The position numbers and the translations under genes were made by a program. 64,000 bases of DNA, taken from NCBI GenBank assembly GCA_051294375.1, contig CM119263.1, forward strand, positions 6,048,932-6,112,931, in the 5' to 3' direction. Under the pieces are notes generated by a model. The model saw only the letters and a list, made by a program, of their open reading frames with translations. It was not told the DNA's origin and ran no database searches. The stretch is from Paraspadella gotoi. Taxonomy: Eukaryota; Animalia; Chaetognatha. Shown one piece after another: positions 52,401-64,000 of this stretch (position 1 is its first letter; each line of letters opens with the position of its first letter).

Positions 52401-53313
52401 CTCTCTCTCCTCTCTCTCTCTCCCGGTTCTAATGCGAGGATTGAGTCGGCGCGACGAAGCCAGCAACTTCGCCCATAAAAACTCTGTCAGAAATGTCATC
52501 AAATCATGGCCATTGCGATCGGATTAGGCGGGGGGAGGAGAGGGGGGGTGGGGAGAGTAGTTGAGGGTTTTGGGGTGGCGGAGCCGGCGGAGGAGGAGGG
52601 GGTCTGAAGGGGGGGGGCTGAAAAGGGAAAGTCAGCGCACGGAAACGAAAGATGAAACGAAAGAATGAAACGCAAGATTTGATGCAAAACTTTTTGAAAC
52701 TAAATGGGTAATGATGAAGATGGGAGATTTTTTTGATAGACCGATTGAGAAAATTAATCGTTATGAAAAGTTTGAGATAAGTTTTTAAAAATAATATTTT
52801 TTTTCTTAATTTAAGGCGTATGAATGAACGAAGAAATATTAGGTGCCAATTTAAGTATTAAGCTCGTGTAAAGTTGTTGCTATTAAAAAAAAAAGGCTCT
52901 TTAAAAATTTTGATGAACATTTTAAAAAAATTGTTATGCCTTTTTAATAAACTTTTGAGATTAAATTTTGAAAATTAAAAATGGCGACAAATCTACAAAT
53001 AAAATTAAAATTAATTAAAAGCAAAATAGGTTTTCTCTGAACTTTGGTTTATTTTATTTTTTTTTTTTTTTGCGACGGCCAAATTTTCTCAAATCTAAAT
53101 TCTTAAATCCCTCATCTTGATGTTTGCCCCCAAATCTTTCCATCATTTTTTTCTTAAAGGCTGACCTCTGACCTCGCATCTTTTTTTTCTTTCCCTTCCT
53201 CCTCTTCTTTTTCCTCTTCCTCATCTTGCTCTTCCTTGCTCCTCCCCATCATTTGTTTTCCCACTTGAATGAAGTCGTTTATCAACGTCGTCGTCGTCGT
53301 CGTCGTCGTCATT

Positions 53314-53354
<41 letters not shown>

Positions 53355-54089
53355 CGAGTGGAAAAAGCATTCATGATCTTCATTATTAAATCCATCGCTA
53401 AATATATATTATTAGAAATCGCTTCTAAAGATATGAAACGAAATTGTTGAAGAACTTTTGCCCAATATTTCCCCCTTTAAGTTTAAAATTGAACTTATTT
53501 TTTTTTTTAAATCTTTGTAATAACAAACACGACCGAGCCTTAAAATAGTTAGCAAAGCATTTTAAATGGTTTTAAATTTGAAAACTTGTACAATTTTTAA
53601 ATTTACTTATAAGGATATTAAATAAAAAGTGAACTCATTTTTCGTGTTATTTTTCATATGTGTTATTATTTGTAATCAATCGTAGCAACGGTGGGATCGC
53701 CCACTATCACACTATCACACTATTGATGACACTAATGTTCTTTTCGTTCCGTCGTTACTTCTTTCGGTTTCCTTTGTCGCCTCAAAAAAATCATCTCATA
53801 ATCTTTTTTTGTTTAAGGAAAAAAAAGGAAAGAGTAAAAAAAAGGGGGAACGTTCCCTACTTTAGCCTCACAGTTCATTACCTCTATTTAAGATTCCCCG
53901 AGGCAGAGATGAAGGATCGGGGGTTGTAGAAGGAGGATGAGGAGGAGGAGCGGGAGGAGGAGGAGGAGGAGGATGGAGAAGCGAAAGGGCAACCAAACCG
54001 GAAATCTGTCAACAGCCAAAATGACAGGAACCGACAATAAAGAAGGAAAGGAAACGGAGCTTCATTACCGAGGGAAAAAAGATGAAGGG

Positions 54090-54652
54090 CTGAGGAGTGG
54101 AGTTGAATATAGGAGTAGTGAGGAGTGGAGGGGGAAAATAGGGGTAGTTAGGAGTGGAGCGGAAAGTAGGGGTAGTGAGAAGTGGAGCGGAAAATAGGGG
54201 TAGTGAGGAGTGGAGCGGAAAATAGGGGTAGTGAGGAGTGGAGTGAGTATAGGAGTAGTGGATGTTGAGAATATGAATAGTGAGAAGTGGAGCGGAATAT
54301 AGATGTAGTGATGAGTGGAGCGGAATATAGGAGTAGTGAGGAGTGGAGCAGAAAATAGTGGTAGTGAGGAGTGGAGCGAAAATAGGGGTAGTGAGGAGTG
54401 GAGTTGAGTATAGGAGTAGTGAGAAGTGGAGTTGAGAATAGGAGTAGTGAGAAGTGGTGTGGAATATAGGAGTAGTGAAGAGTTGTGTGGAATATAGGAG
54501 TAGTGAAGAGTGGAGCGGAATATAGGAGTATTGAGGAGTGGAGTTAAATATAGGAGTAGTGAGAAGTGGAGTTGAATATAGGAGTAGTGTGGAGTGGAGT
54601 TGAATATAGGAGTAGTGAGGAGTGGAGTTGATTATAGGAGTAGTGAGGAGTG
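54090..54652. repeat. ~28-bp minisatellite, about 20 units
   Basis: GAGTGGAGTTGAATATAGGAGTAGTGAG consensus. Confidence 0.9.
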
Positions 54653-57069
54653 TTGCCAAAACTTATGAGCGTAATATGATTAAAAATACCAAAGTGAGGA
54701 ATAAAAGAATAGAGGTATATGAAAACATTCTGCTTCGTTAAAATTGATATTTTTTGTAGAAGTATATAAAAGATATAGTAATATCAATACTAAGTACTAT
54801 AATCGAATGATGCATAGATTAAATCCCCTTGTATAGGCGTAATAATATATCTGAAAAGTTCTTATCATGTTATGATAAATGATTATTTTTAGAAAATTGT
54901 CATAAAAATTAAAAAGGGCAGATTTTTTTTATATTATTCTTTTCATATACACATATAATTTTTCCCTGCGATTTTTATATTGAAGGGGTCCAAAGTTGTT
55001 AAAAAGTGTTGGCGACCTATTATTCATTTTCCATGATGGTATTTGAAATCGAGGACATGTCAAAGGAAAATTAGAAGTGTAAAGAAGAACGAAAGACCGA
55101 GGAGAAAAGTGAACCCAGGACAAAAAAAAAAAAAAGAAGAGAAAGAGCGAAAAAAAAGGAAGAAAAAGTAAAGGGGTAAAAAAGAGAAAAGCTGAGGAGC
55201 AAGTTACCAAGGGGGCACCTGAGTGGCAGGAGTGTCTGGAGTGCGCAAGAATGGCTGGAGTGGCAAGAGTGAGGGGGCTAAAGGAGCGACTGGAGAGTTC
55301 GGTAATTGGTCCCGTTTCGGAGGAAGAAGATCAAAGGCGAAGACTCTTGAAAGTTTAAACAGGAAACTCCGACGATGAGAGACGAATTGGCTTGATGGAG
55401 GAGGAAAGACGTGAGGGGGACCGAGAGAGACTTCCCATACCTGAGTCCGTCCGCCGCCGCTGAACGCATCATCAAGACAAAGAGTTACGAGAACAGAACG
55501 ATTCCAAACGGAGAGCACTCATGACGTGATGAATGATGCAATGAGATTAGAATCTAAAAAGTCCTTTCTGACAGATGGAGCGTAATAATATATCTGGACA
55601 AATGTTCTTAAATTGCATGTATGATATATGATTTATTTTAGATAAATTGGTCATTAAAATAATTAAAAATGGGCAGCATATTTTTTTATATCTATCGCTC
55701 CTTTCATATAATCAGCATATACATTCTTTTCCATGCGAGATTTTTTATATTGCAATGGCGTCCAAGTTGTTAAAATAAGTGTTGGGCGACACTATTATGT
55801 CATTTTCCATGATGGTTATTATGAAAAATCGAGGACATGTCAAAGGAAAATTAGAAGTGTAAGAGAAGACGAAAGACCGAGGAAGAAAAAGTGAACCCCA
55901 GACAACAAAAAAAAAAAAGAAGAGAAAGAGCGAAAAAAAGGCAAGAAATAAAGTAAAACGGGGTATAAAAGAGGAAAAAGCTGAGGAGGCAAGTTACGCT
56001 ATAAGGGGGGTCTACCTGTTGTGTGCATGGAGTGTCCCTGGGGAGTGCAGGCATAGAATGGTGGAGTGGCAAGAGTGAGGGGGAGTCTAAAGGAGCTGAC
56101 TGAGAGTTCAATGTCCCGAGTTTGGAGAAGAGTCAAGGAAGCTGTGATACAACAACCCGACGTAGAGAGTAGCGACGTATGGCTTGAATGGAGGAGAGTA
56201 GAACTCTTGACAAAGGAGAAAGCTGGAGAGCTCAGCGAGGAAGGAGAGAGCGAGGGCAGATTAATGGAGTAAAGTACTGAGCAGTGGAAGTGAAATAGGG
56301 AGGGGAGTAAAATGCAAGAGTAAATGATGGAGAGGAAAGAGTGAAGGGATAGGAATGGACGGTAAAGGGAATAGAAATGATGGAGGAGGAGAGGAGGAAG
56401 GAAGCAGAAGGAGAGGAAAGAGGTATATGTATGAGAGTACGAGCGATAAGGAGACGATTTGATGGAGGAGGAAATAGACGAGGAAAGGAAAGTAGAGAGG
56501 GTGGAAAGGGAAGAGAAGAGAAATGATGGAGGAGGAAAGACGTGAGGGAGAGGAGAGAAAGAAAAGGGAAGAGGAATGATGGAGGAGAAAGACGTTGAGG
56601 GGGAGGAAAAGGAGAGAGGGGAGAAAAGAGGAGAAGGAGGGAGATTGATGGAGGAGGAAAAATTGGAGGGGAGAACAGATGGAAAGAGGAAAGATAAAGG
56701 AGGAGAAAGATGGGGGTAGGAAAGGAGGGGGAGGAAAGTATGGGAGGATGAAAGAATGGGATGAATGATTGGGTGAGGAATTATAGGGAAGAGAGAAAGG
56801 TGGTGGAGGAATGATGAGGGGGAGGTAGGAGGGGGGAGGTATGATGGTGGAGGAAAGAAGTGGGGAGGAGAGCAGGGGGAAAGGAAACTAGGGGAAAAAG
56901 ATGGGGGAAGGAAAGATGAGGGAGGGAAAGATGAATGGGGAGGAAAAAATGGATGGAAGAAGCTAATAGGAAAGCGTTAAAAATGATAGTTTAATAGTTT
57001 CATAGTTTAAAATTGAAGAAAGCGACACGTGGAGCGGTGGAAGAAAAAGGAAAAAAAAACGTTTGAATT

Positions 57070-57806
57070 TGGCAGCAAGACTTAAAGCTCGCCTCACTGC
57101 TCTTCCGTCCTCAGCCTCGTCTCAATGGCTGAGGCAGGCTAATCATCTCATTCCATCCGTGGCGTCCCGGGTTCAATCCCTGGGTATCCCGGTTCTGGCT
57201 TAAATGTGACGGTGGCCGGTATAAAACATGCCAGTGAGCAGGAGGCGGTCACTGAGGGTCCGCAGCCCCTACGCCAGTTGGTGAGATACCCCGCGCCCCG
57301 GTATCACAGGCTATCCTCCCGTTGCCATAAGTGTGTGACGCCCTACTCTCGAACACGCACACCAGACCGTGCGCACACGCTGCGCCCACCAGCTTACGTC
57401 GCTTAGGGATGCATATCACGCCTATGCCGCTACTTCTCTGGTAAACGCTCCAGACTCGCTCGCTCGCTGCGGTCTCCGCTCGCTCTCATATGGCAATGAG
57501 ATCAAAACCTTCTCTCAAGACATCTCCTCAGGATTGAGGCCCTGTGGAGAAGTCTGGTGGGGGATCCTGTGGCAGCAAGACTTAAAGCTGCCTCACTGCA
57601 CTGCTCCGTCCTCAGCCTCGTCTCAATGGCTGAGCAGGCTAAATCATCTCATTCCATCCGTGCATCCGCCGGGTTCAATCCTGGTATCACCCGGTTCTGG
57701 CTTAAATGTGACGGTGCCGGTATAAAACATGCCAGTGACAGGAGGCGGTCACTGAGGGTCCGCAGCCCCTAACGCCAGTTGGTGAGATACCCCGCGCCCG
57801 GCGGGT
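57070..57806 (+). mobile_element. tandem pair of tRNA-head/twister elements, subfamily 2
   Basis: A box TGGCTGAG(G)CAGG, B box GGTTCAATCC; twisters at 57195-57277 and 57697-57778; runs into an N gap. Confidence 0.8.
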
Positions 57807-58585
57807 NNNNNNNNNNNNNNNNNNNNNNNNNGAGGAAATGGAGATTCTGGAGGAAAGGAAGAGGAATTATGGAGGAGGAAAGACGTGAGGGGGGAGGAAA
57901 GGAAGAGGGGAAGAAAAGGGAAGAGGAATGATGGAGGAGGAAAGACGTGCAGGGGAAGGAGAGGGAGTAAAGGGAAAGAGGAATGATGGAGGAGGAAAGA
58001 CGTGAGGGGGAAGGAAAGAGAGGGGTGGAAAGGGAAAGAGGGAATGTATGGAGGAGGAAAGACGTTAGGAGGGAGGAAAGGAGAGGGGAAGAAAGAGAGA
58101 GAATGATGAGGAGGAAAGACGTGAGGGGAGGAGAAAAGGAGAGTGGAGGGGAGAAAAGAGAAGAGGAATGATGGAGAGAGGAAAGATTGGAGGGGAGAAC
58201 AGATGGAAAGAGGAAAGATAAAGGAGGAGAAAGATGGGGTAGGAAAGGAGGGGGAGGAAGTATGGGAGGATGAAAGAATGGGATGAATGATTGGGTAGGA
58301 ATTATAGGGGAAGGAGGAAAAGGTGGTGAGGAATGATGAGGGGGAGGTAGGTGAGGGGGGAGGTATGATGGTGGAGGAAAGAATGGGGAGGAGAGCAGGG
58401 GGAAGGAAACTAGGGTGGAAAAAAGATGGGGGAGGGAAAGATGAGGGAGGAAAGATGGGGGAGGAAAATGGATGGAAGAAGCTAATAGGAAAGCGTTTAA
58501 AAATGATAGTATTAATAGTTTCATAGTTTAAAATTGAAGAAAGGACACGTGGAGCGGTGGAAGAAAAGGAAAAAAAACGTTGAAT

Positions 58586-59346
58586 TGTGGCAGCAGAGAC
58601 TTAAAGCTGCCTCACTGCTGTCCGTCCTCAGCCTCGTCTCAATGGCTGAGGCAGGCTAAATCATCTCATTCCATCCGTGCGTCCCGGGTTTCAATCCCTG
58701 GGTATCCCGGTTCTGGCTTAAATGTGACGGTGGCCGGTATAAACATGCCAGTGACAGGAGGCGGTCACTGAGGGTCCGCAGCCCCTACGCCAGTTGGTGA
58801 GATACCCCGCGCCCCGGTATCACAGGCTATCCTCCCGTTTGCCATAAGTGGTGAGCCCTACTGCTCGAACACGCAACCGCTGCGCCCACTGCGTGCGCCC
58901 ACCGCTTAACGTCGCTTAGGGTATGCATATCACGGCCTATGCCCTACTTCTCCTGGTCAACGCTCCAGACTCGCAGTCGCATCGCTCGCGCCGCTCGCTC
59001 TCACTATGGCAATGAGATCAAAACCTTCTCTCTAGACATCTCCTCAGGATTGAGGCCCTGTGGAGAAGTCTGGTGGGGGATCCTGTGGCAGCAAGACTTA
59101 AAGCTGCCTCACTGACTGTCCGTCCTCAGCCTCGTCTCAATGGCTGAGCAGGCTAAATCATCTCATTCCCATCCGTGCATCCCGGGTTCAATCCTGGGTA
59201 TCCCGGTTCTGGCTTAAAATGTGACGGTGCCGGTTATAAACATGCCAGTGACAGGAGGCGGTCACTGAGGGTCGCGCAGCCCCTACGCAGTTGGTGAGAT
59301 ACCCCGGCGCCCCGGTGTATCACAGGCTATCCTCCCGTTGCCATAG
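58586..59346 (+). mobile_element. tandem pair of tRNA-head/twister elements, subfamily 2
   Basis: Twisters at 58713-58793 (CUGGC-UUAA-AUGU-GA-CGG-UGGCCGGUA-U^AA-ACAU-GC-CAGUGAC/GUCACUG-AGGG-UCCGCAGC-CCCU-ACGCCAG) and 59209-59290; ends CCCGTTGCCATAG, then TTTTT. Confidence 0.8.
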
Positions 59347-59500
59347 AATGATATTTTTAAAAAAGGAATAAAAAGAGGAATTGAGAGGAAATAAGAAAGG
59401 AGATAAGAAAGTGAAAGAAAAAAGAAGAAGACATTAGAAGGAAATTGAAGAGGAAAAGGGAAAATAAATGGAGAAAGAAGAGAAGCCAGTAAGTAGGGAA

Positions 59501-59580
<80 letters not shown>

Positions 59581-60251
59581 TCGAGTGATTTGAGGTAAAC
59601 GGTGCGACGGGGTGCGAGGATCTGTGCTGTGAGAGGACGGTTGGAAAAAGAAGGAGAGAAAAATAAAAAGGAAGGAGAAGAAAGGAGAAAAGGTGAAGAA
59701 AGGAAGGAGAGAAGAAGAAAAAAGTAAGGAGAGAAGAAGAAAGGAAGGAAAGAAAAAAAAATAAGTAGAGAAATAGAGACGAATCATTTTTTTTTTAAAA
59801 GTGACAAATGAAACAAAAAAATCGTTGGGTAGTTTCGGTCGATAAAATTGTTAGTATTTATACTTTTATAAATTTTATACTTTTCATACTTTATACTTTT
59901 ATACTTTTATACTTTTATACTTTTATACTTTCAAATTGTTTTCATTCTCCAGCCGTCAACAGTTTTAATCATCGTCTCTTCTCAAACTTTCGCTAGAACT
60001 GTTCTAATTGTTCCATCGTCCCATCCCCACCATCCCCCACACCATACGCCTCTCTTTATTCCAAGGCCCCGGGTATCACAGGCTATCCTCCCGTTGCCAT
60101 AGAATGATATTTTTAAAAAAAGGAATAAAAGAGGAATTGAGAGGAATAAGAAAGGAGATAAGAAAGTGAAAGAAAAAAGAAGAAGACATTAGAAGGAAAT
60201 TGAAGAGGAAAGGGAAAATAAATGGAGAAGAGAAGAGAAGCCGTTAAGTAG

Positions 60252-60327
<76 letters not shown>

Positions 60328-62467
60328 TCGAGTGATTTGAGGTTAACGGTGCGACGGGGTCGAGGATCTGTGCTTGAGAGGAGGTTGGAAAAAGAAGGAG
60401 AGAAAAATAAAAAAGGAAGGAGAAGAAGGAGAAAAGGTGAAGAAAGGAAGGAGAGAAGAAGAAAAAAGTAAGGAGAGAAGAAGAAAGGAAGGAAAGAAAA
60501 AAAAATAAGTAGAGAAATAGAGACGAATATTTTTTTTTTAAAAGTGACAGATGAAACAAAAAAATCGTTGGGTAGTTTCGGTCGATAAANNNNNNNNNNN
60601 NNNNNNNNNNNNNNNNNNNNNNNNNNNNNNNNNNNNNNNNNNNNNNNNNNNNNNNNNNNNNNNNNNNNNNNNNNNNNNNNNNNNNNNNNNNNNNNNNNNN
60701 NNNNNNNNNNNNNNNNNNNNNNNNNNNNNNNNNNNNNNNNNNNNNNNNNNNNNNNNNNNNNNNNNNNNNNNNNNNNNNNNNNNNNNATAATTTTATACTT
60801 TTATACTTTATACTTTTATACTTTTATACTTTTATACTTTTATACTTTCAAATTGTTTTCATTCTCCAGCCGTCAACAGTTTTAATCATCGTCTCTTCAA
60901 CTTTCGCTAGAACTGTTCTAATTGTTCCATCGTCCACCCCACNNNNNNNNNNNNNNNNNNNNNNNNNNNNNNNNNNNNNNNNNNNNNNNNNNNNNNNNNN
61001 NNNNNNNNNNNNNNNNNNNNNNNNNNNNNNNNNNNNNNNNNNNNNNNNNNNNNNNNNNNNNNNNNNNNNNNNNNNNNNNNNNNNNNNNNNNNNNNNNNNN
61101 NNNNNNNNNNNNNNNNNNNNNNNNNNNNNNNNNNNNNNNNNNNNNNNNNNNNNNNNNNNNNNNNNNNNNNNNNNNNNNNNNNNNNNNNNNNNNNNNNNNN
61201 NNNNNNNNNNGACGACGACGACGACGACGACGACGACGTGTCTTTGCCGCCCATTAACTTCCTTATCACCCCCCGGTAGCACACCATTAGCCCTTTAAGT
61301 TATGTGATAATTGTCTCTCTCTCTCTCTCGCTCTCTCTCTCTCTCGCTCTCTCAACTTTGCACTTCCTCCTCCTCTTCACACTTTTCCTCTTCCTCCTCT
61401 TCCTCCTCCTCTTCCTCCTCCTCCTTGCCCTCAAGCAGCGAGCGCTATCACTCTGTATTCATGATTGCGTTCTTCTTCAAAGCATAACTAATGAAGAGAT
61501 TATGGGGAGCCCATTACAAATGGTGAGGCCACTTCAGAACCCGAAGAGTGGGGACAAAGGGGTTGAAAGAAGGAGGAAGAGGAGGAGGAGGAGGAGGAGC
61601 CTTAATTGAGGTCCCGGAGGCGCGAACGTCGACGACCAGCTGGGAGATCATCGACCCATCTTTTCGGGGAGGTGGGGGGGGCTTANNNNNNNNNNNNNNN
61701 NNNNNNNNNNNNNNNNNNNNNNNNNNNNNNNNNNNNNNNNNNNNNNNNNNNNNNNNNNNNNNNNNNNNNNNNNNNNNNNNNNNNNNNNNNNNNNNNNNNN
61801 NNNNNNNNNNNNNNNNNNNNNNNNNNNNNNNNNNNNNNNNNNNNNNNNNNNNNNNNNNNNNNNNNNNNNNNNNNNNNNNNNNNNNNNNNNNNNNNNNNNN
61901 NGAAACCAGATGGATAAATGAATAAATGAACGATTAGAAAGTATTGAATTAGTGAATTAATGAAAGAATTAATGCTAGAAGATCTTTCATTGAACGACTA
62001 ATTTAATGAATGATTGTCAGGGTAACTTTGAAGAACTTTGAACAAATGAATGAGCGATTGGATAACATTCAATAAATAATGAATGATTTAAGAACATTGA
62101 ATAAATGAATGATTGGGGAACATTAGTTGGCTGCGGTTTTCGCTTTTATTTCAAAGAGGAAAATTGTTTCGCCGCCCGAATCTGTGATCGACTGACCGAC
62201 TGACAATGAAGCTCAAATTATCGAGAGGAAAGAAAAGACGGAATTTCGATAAGTCAAAGAATTTCACNNNNNNNNNNNNNNNNNNNNNNNNNTGGCTGCG
62301 GTTTCCGCTTTTATTTCAAAGAGGAAAATTGTTTCGCCGCCCGAATCTGTGATCGACTGATCGACCGACTGACAATGAAGCTCAAATTATCGAGAAGAAA
62401 GAAAAGACGGAATTTCGATTAAGTCAAAGAATTTCACGACTCGATTTGTGGACGGATTTTAGAGGAA

Positions 62468-62502
<35 letters not shown>

Positions 62503-64000
62503 TATTTATAACACAGACGATCGTGTTGACTATGACGAAAAAGATGTCGAAGCTCAACTGTGGAATGAATTTTCTATTAATTTTTTTACGGTCAAAAACA
62601 GAGGAATTCGAAAAAATACAATGACAAATAACAAATGTCACGAACGTGGGCTTTTATATATATAGGGACGTAAAAGGTCAGGGACATTTTAATTGAAATT
62701 ATCGGTGAGATTCTCTTCCAATTCGATGAACGAGCTTCCGTGATTAGGAAGTTTGGCGGCGGCGAAGACGACGACGACGACGACGACGACGACTATGATT
62801 GAGTGAGTGGCAAAGATCATCGCCTCGAGGCAAATGGCCGAAAATGGAGAAGGAAGAACGAGTTTGGGATTGAGGAGAACGAGGAGAATGAGGCGATCTG
62901 TGTCGGGGGTCGGTGCCAGTTTTCCGGGCTTTTTGATGGAACGGGTTTTGTGATAGGGTTCGTTGATTCTGGGTGAAAGTCGTGAAGGGTTGATAGTTTT
63001 GGAGAGAATAATAATGTGAAATTTCGGGTTATTTTATTAGAATATTAATGATTACTTATTAAGGGTTTATCTACGCACTTGGAAGAAAAATCTGACACCT
63101 TTCGCTTCCTATTACTACATTATAAAGATCGTCAAAAAAATGTTAAAGCTTCTTGAGCATTTTGGATAATAGTCAGAAAATAGTAGTTGTACACTATAAC
63201 ACTGTAACGTATACAGTTACAAATCTATTCCTTCTTTTATTTTAANNNNNNNNNNNNNNNNNNNNNNNNNNNNNNNNNNNNNNNNNNNNNNNNNNNNNNN
63301 NNNNNNNNNNNNNNNNNNNNNNNNNNNNNNNNNNNNNNNNNNNNNNNNNNNNNNNNNNNNNNNNNNNNNNNNNNNNNNNNNNNNNNNNNNNNNNNNNNNN
63401 NTTTTTTTTTTTTAAAGTCGTGATATTTTGAAGCTGACAGAAATGGAGGGAAGAGCGCGAGTAAAAAGAAGAAGAGGAGACGAATCGCGAAAAAAAAGTA
63501 ATGGGGGACCAAGCTTGAAGGCGAGCAGCTTGCAAATGGTTCGCCAAATGGTTTCGAGACTCGAGACTCGCATTTATCTTCTTTTCTCACCGACCGAGGG
63601 AGGAAAAGAGGAGGAGAGGAAGAGGAAGAGGAGGAGAGAGGAAGGAAGGGGAGGAAATATTAAATAAAAAAGGATGAGAGGGAGGGGAAGAGGAGGAGAG
63701 AGGAAGGAAGGAAATATTAAATAAAAAAGGATGAGAAGGGAAAAAGTAGAAGGGAATATGAGATATAAGATCGCTGCTTGAGAAAGAAATTGAATTGGTG
63801 AGGTGAGAGAAGGCGGTAAAGTGATATATGACAATTATAAAATCAATTTATTATCCTTTTAGTCATTAAGTAAAGTTTAAATGCTGTTAGTAATAATTGG
63901 CTGGTTTCCAGCGCTTGAAAATTTATTTTTTAATAATATAAAGCTGAACACTTTACTAGAAACTAGAGGGGGTAACTATTGAGGACATTAACTACTATTA

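Noticed and set aside
54009-54659. CRISPR-like array or 216-aa ORF
   Set aside because: Head-to-tail 28-bp minisatellite without unique spacers, in a eukaryotic context with no cas genes.
59075-59346. HDV-like ribozyme from GGGGGAT/ATCCTCC and GTGGCAGC/GTTGCCAT pairings
   Set aside because: The strand order leaves no P3/P1.1/P4/J4-2 arrangement; a nested stem explains the pairing better.
54830-60942. Biological segmental duplications (54.8/55.6 kb, 56.5/57.9 kb, 59.3/60.1 kb)
   Set aside because: Insertion-rich noisy copies beside N gaps look like gap-filling artefacts; the two subfamily 2 pairs may be one locus.

Overview
Gappy draft assembly of an AT-rich invertebrate-type animal genome, with short GT-AG introns, GC-rich exons and visibly noisy, duplicated long-read patches. 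Genes supported by the sequence: a transposon-interrupted MELK kinase remnant, an orphan intronless multi-pass membrane ORF, a ~2,050-aa single-pass membrane protein, an SLC45 transporter, an intronless SLC7 light chain, a 9-exon bacterial-type creatinase with a mitochondrial-like presequence, and a Ly6/three-finger gene. The strongest unexplained signal is non-coding: at least 11 copies in four divergent subfamilies of an element that joins a tRNA-like Pol III head (A/B boxes) directly to a circularly permuted, P5-type twister ribozyme fold with covarying pseudoknot pairs. In the best-preserved copies its P1 is reduced to a loopless palindrome, which suggests cleavage as a dimer. Tandem copies spaced ~420 and ~500 nt apart with no TTTT between them suggest a twister-based, retrozyme-like circular RNA element. 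Penelope-type minimal hammerhead ribozymes are also present. All structures were read by eye; nothing was computed or searched.
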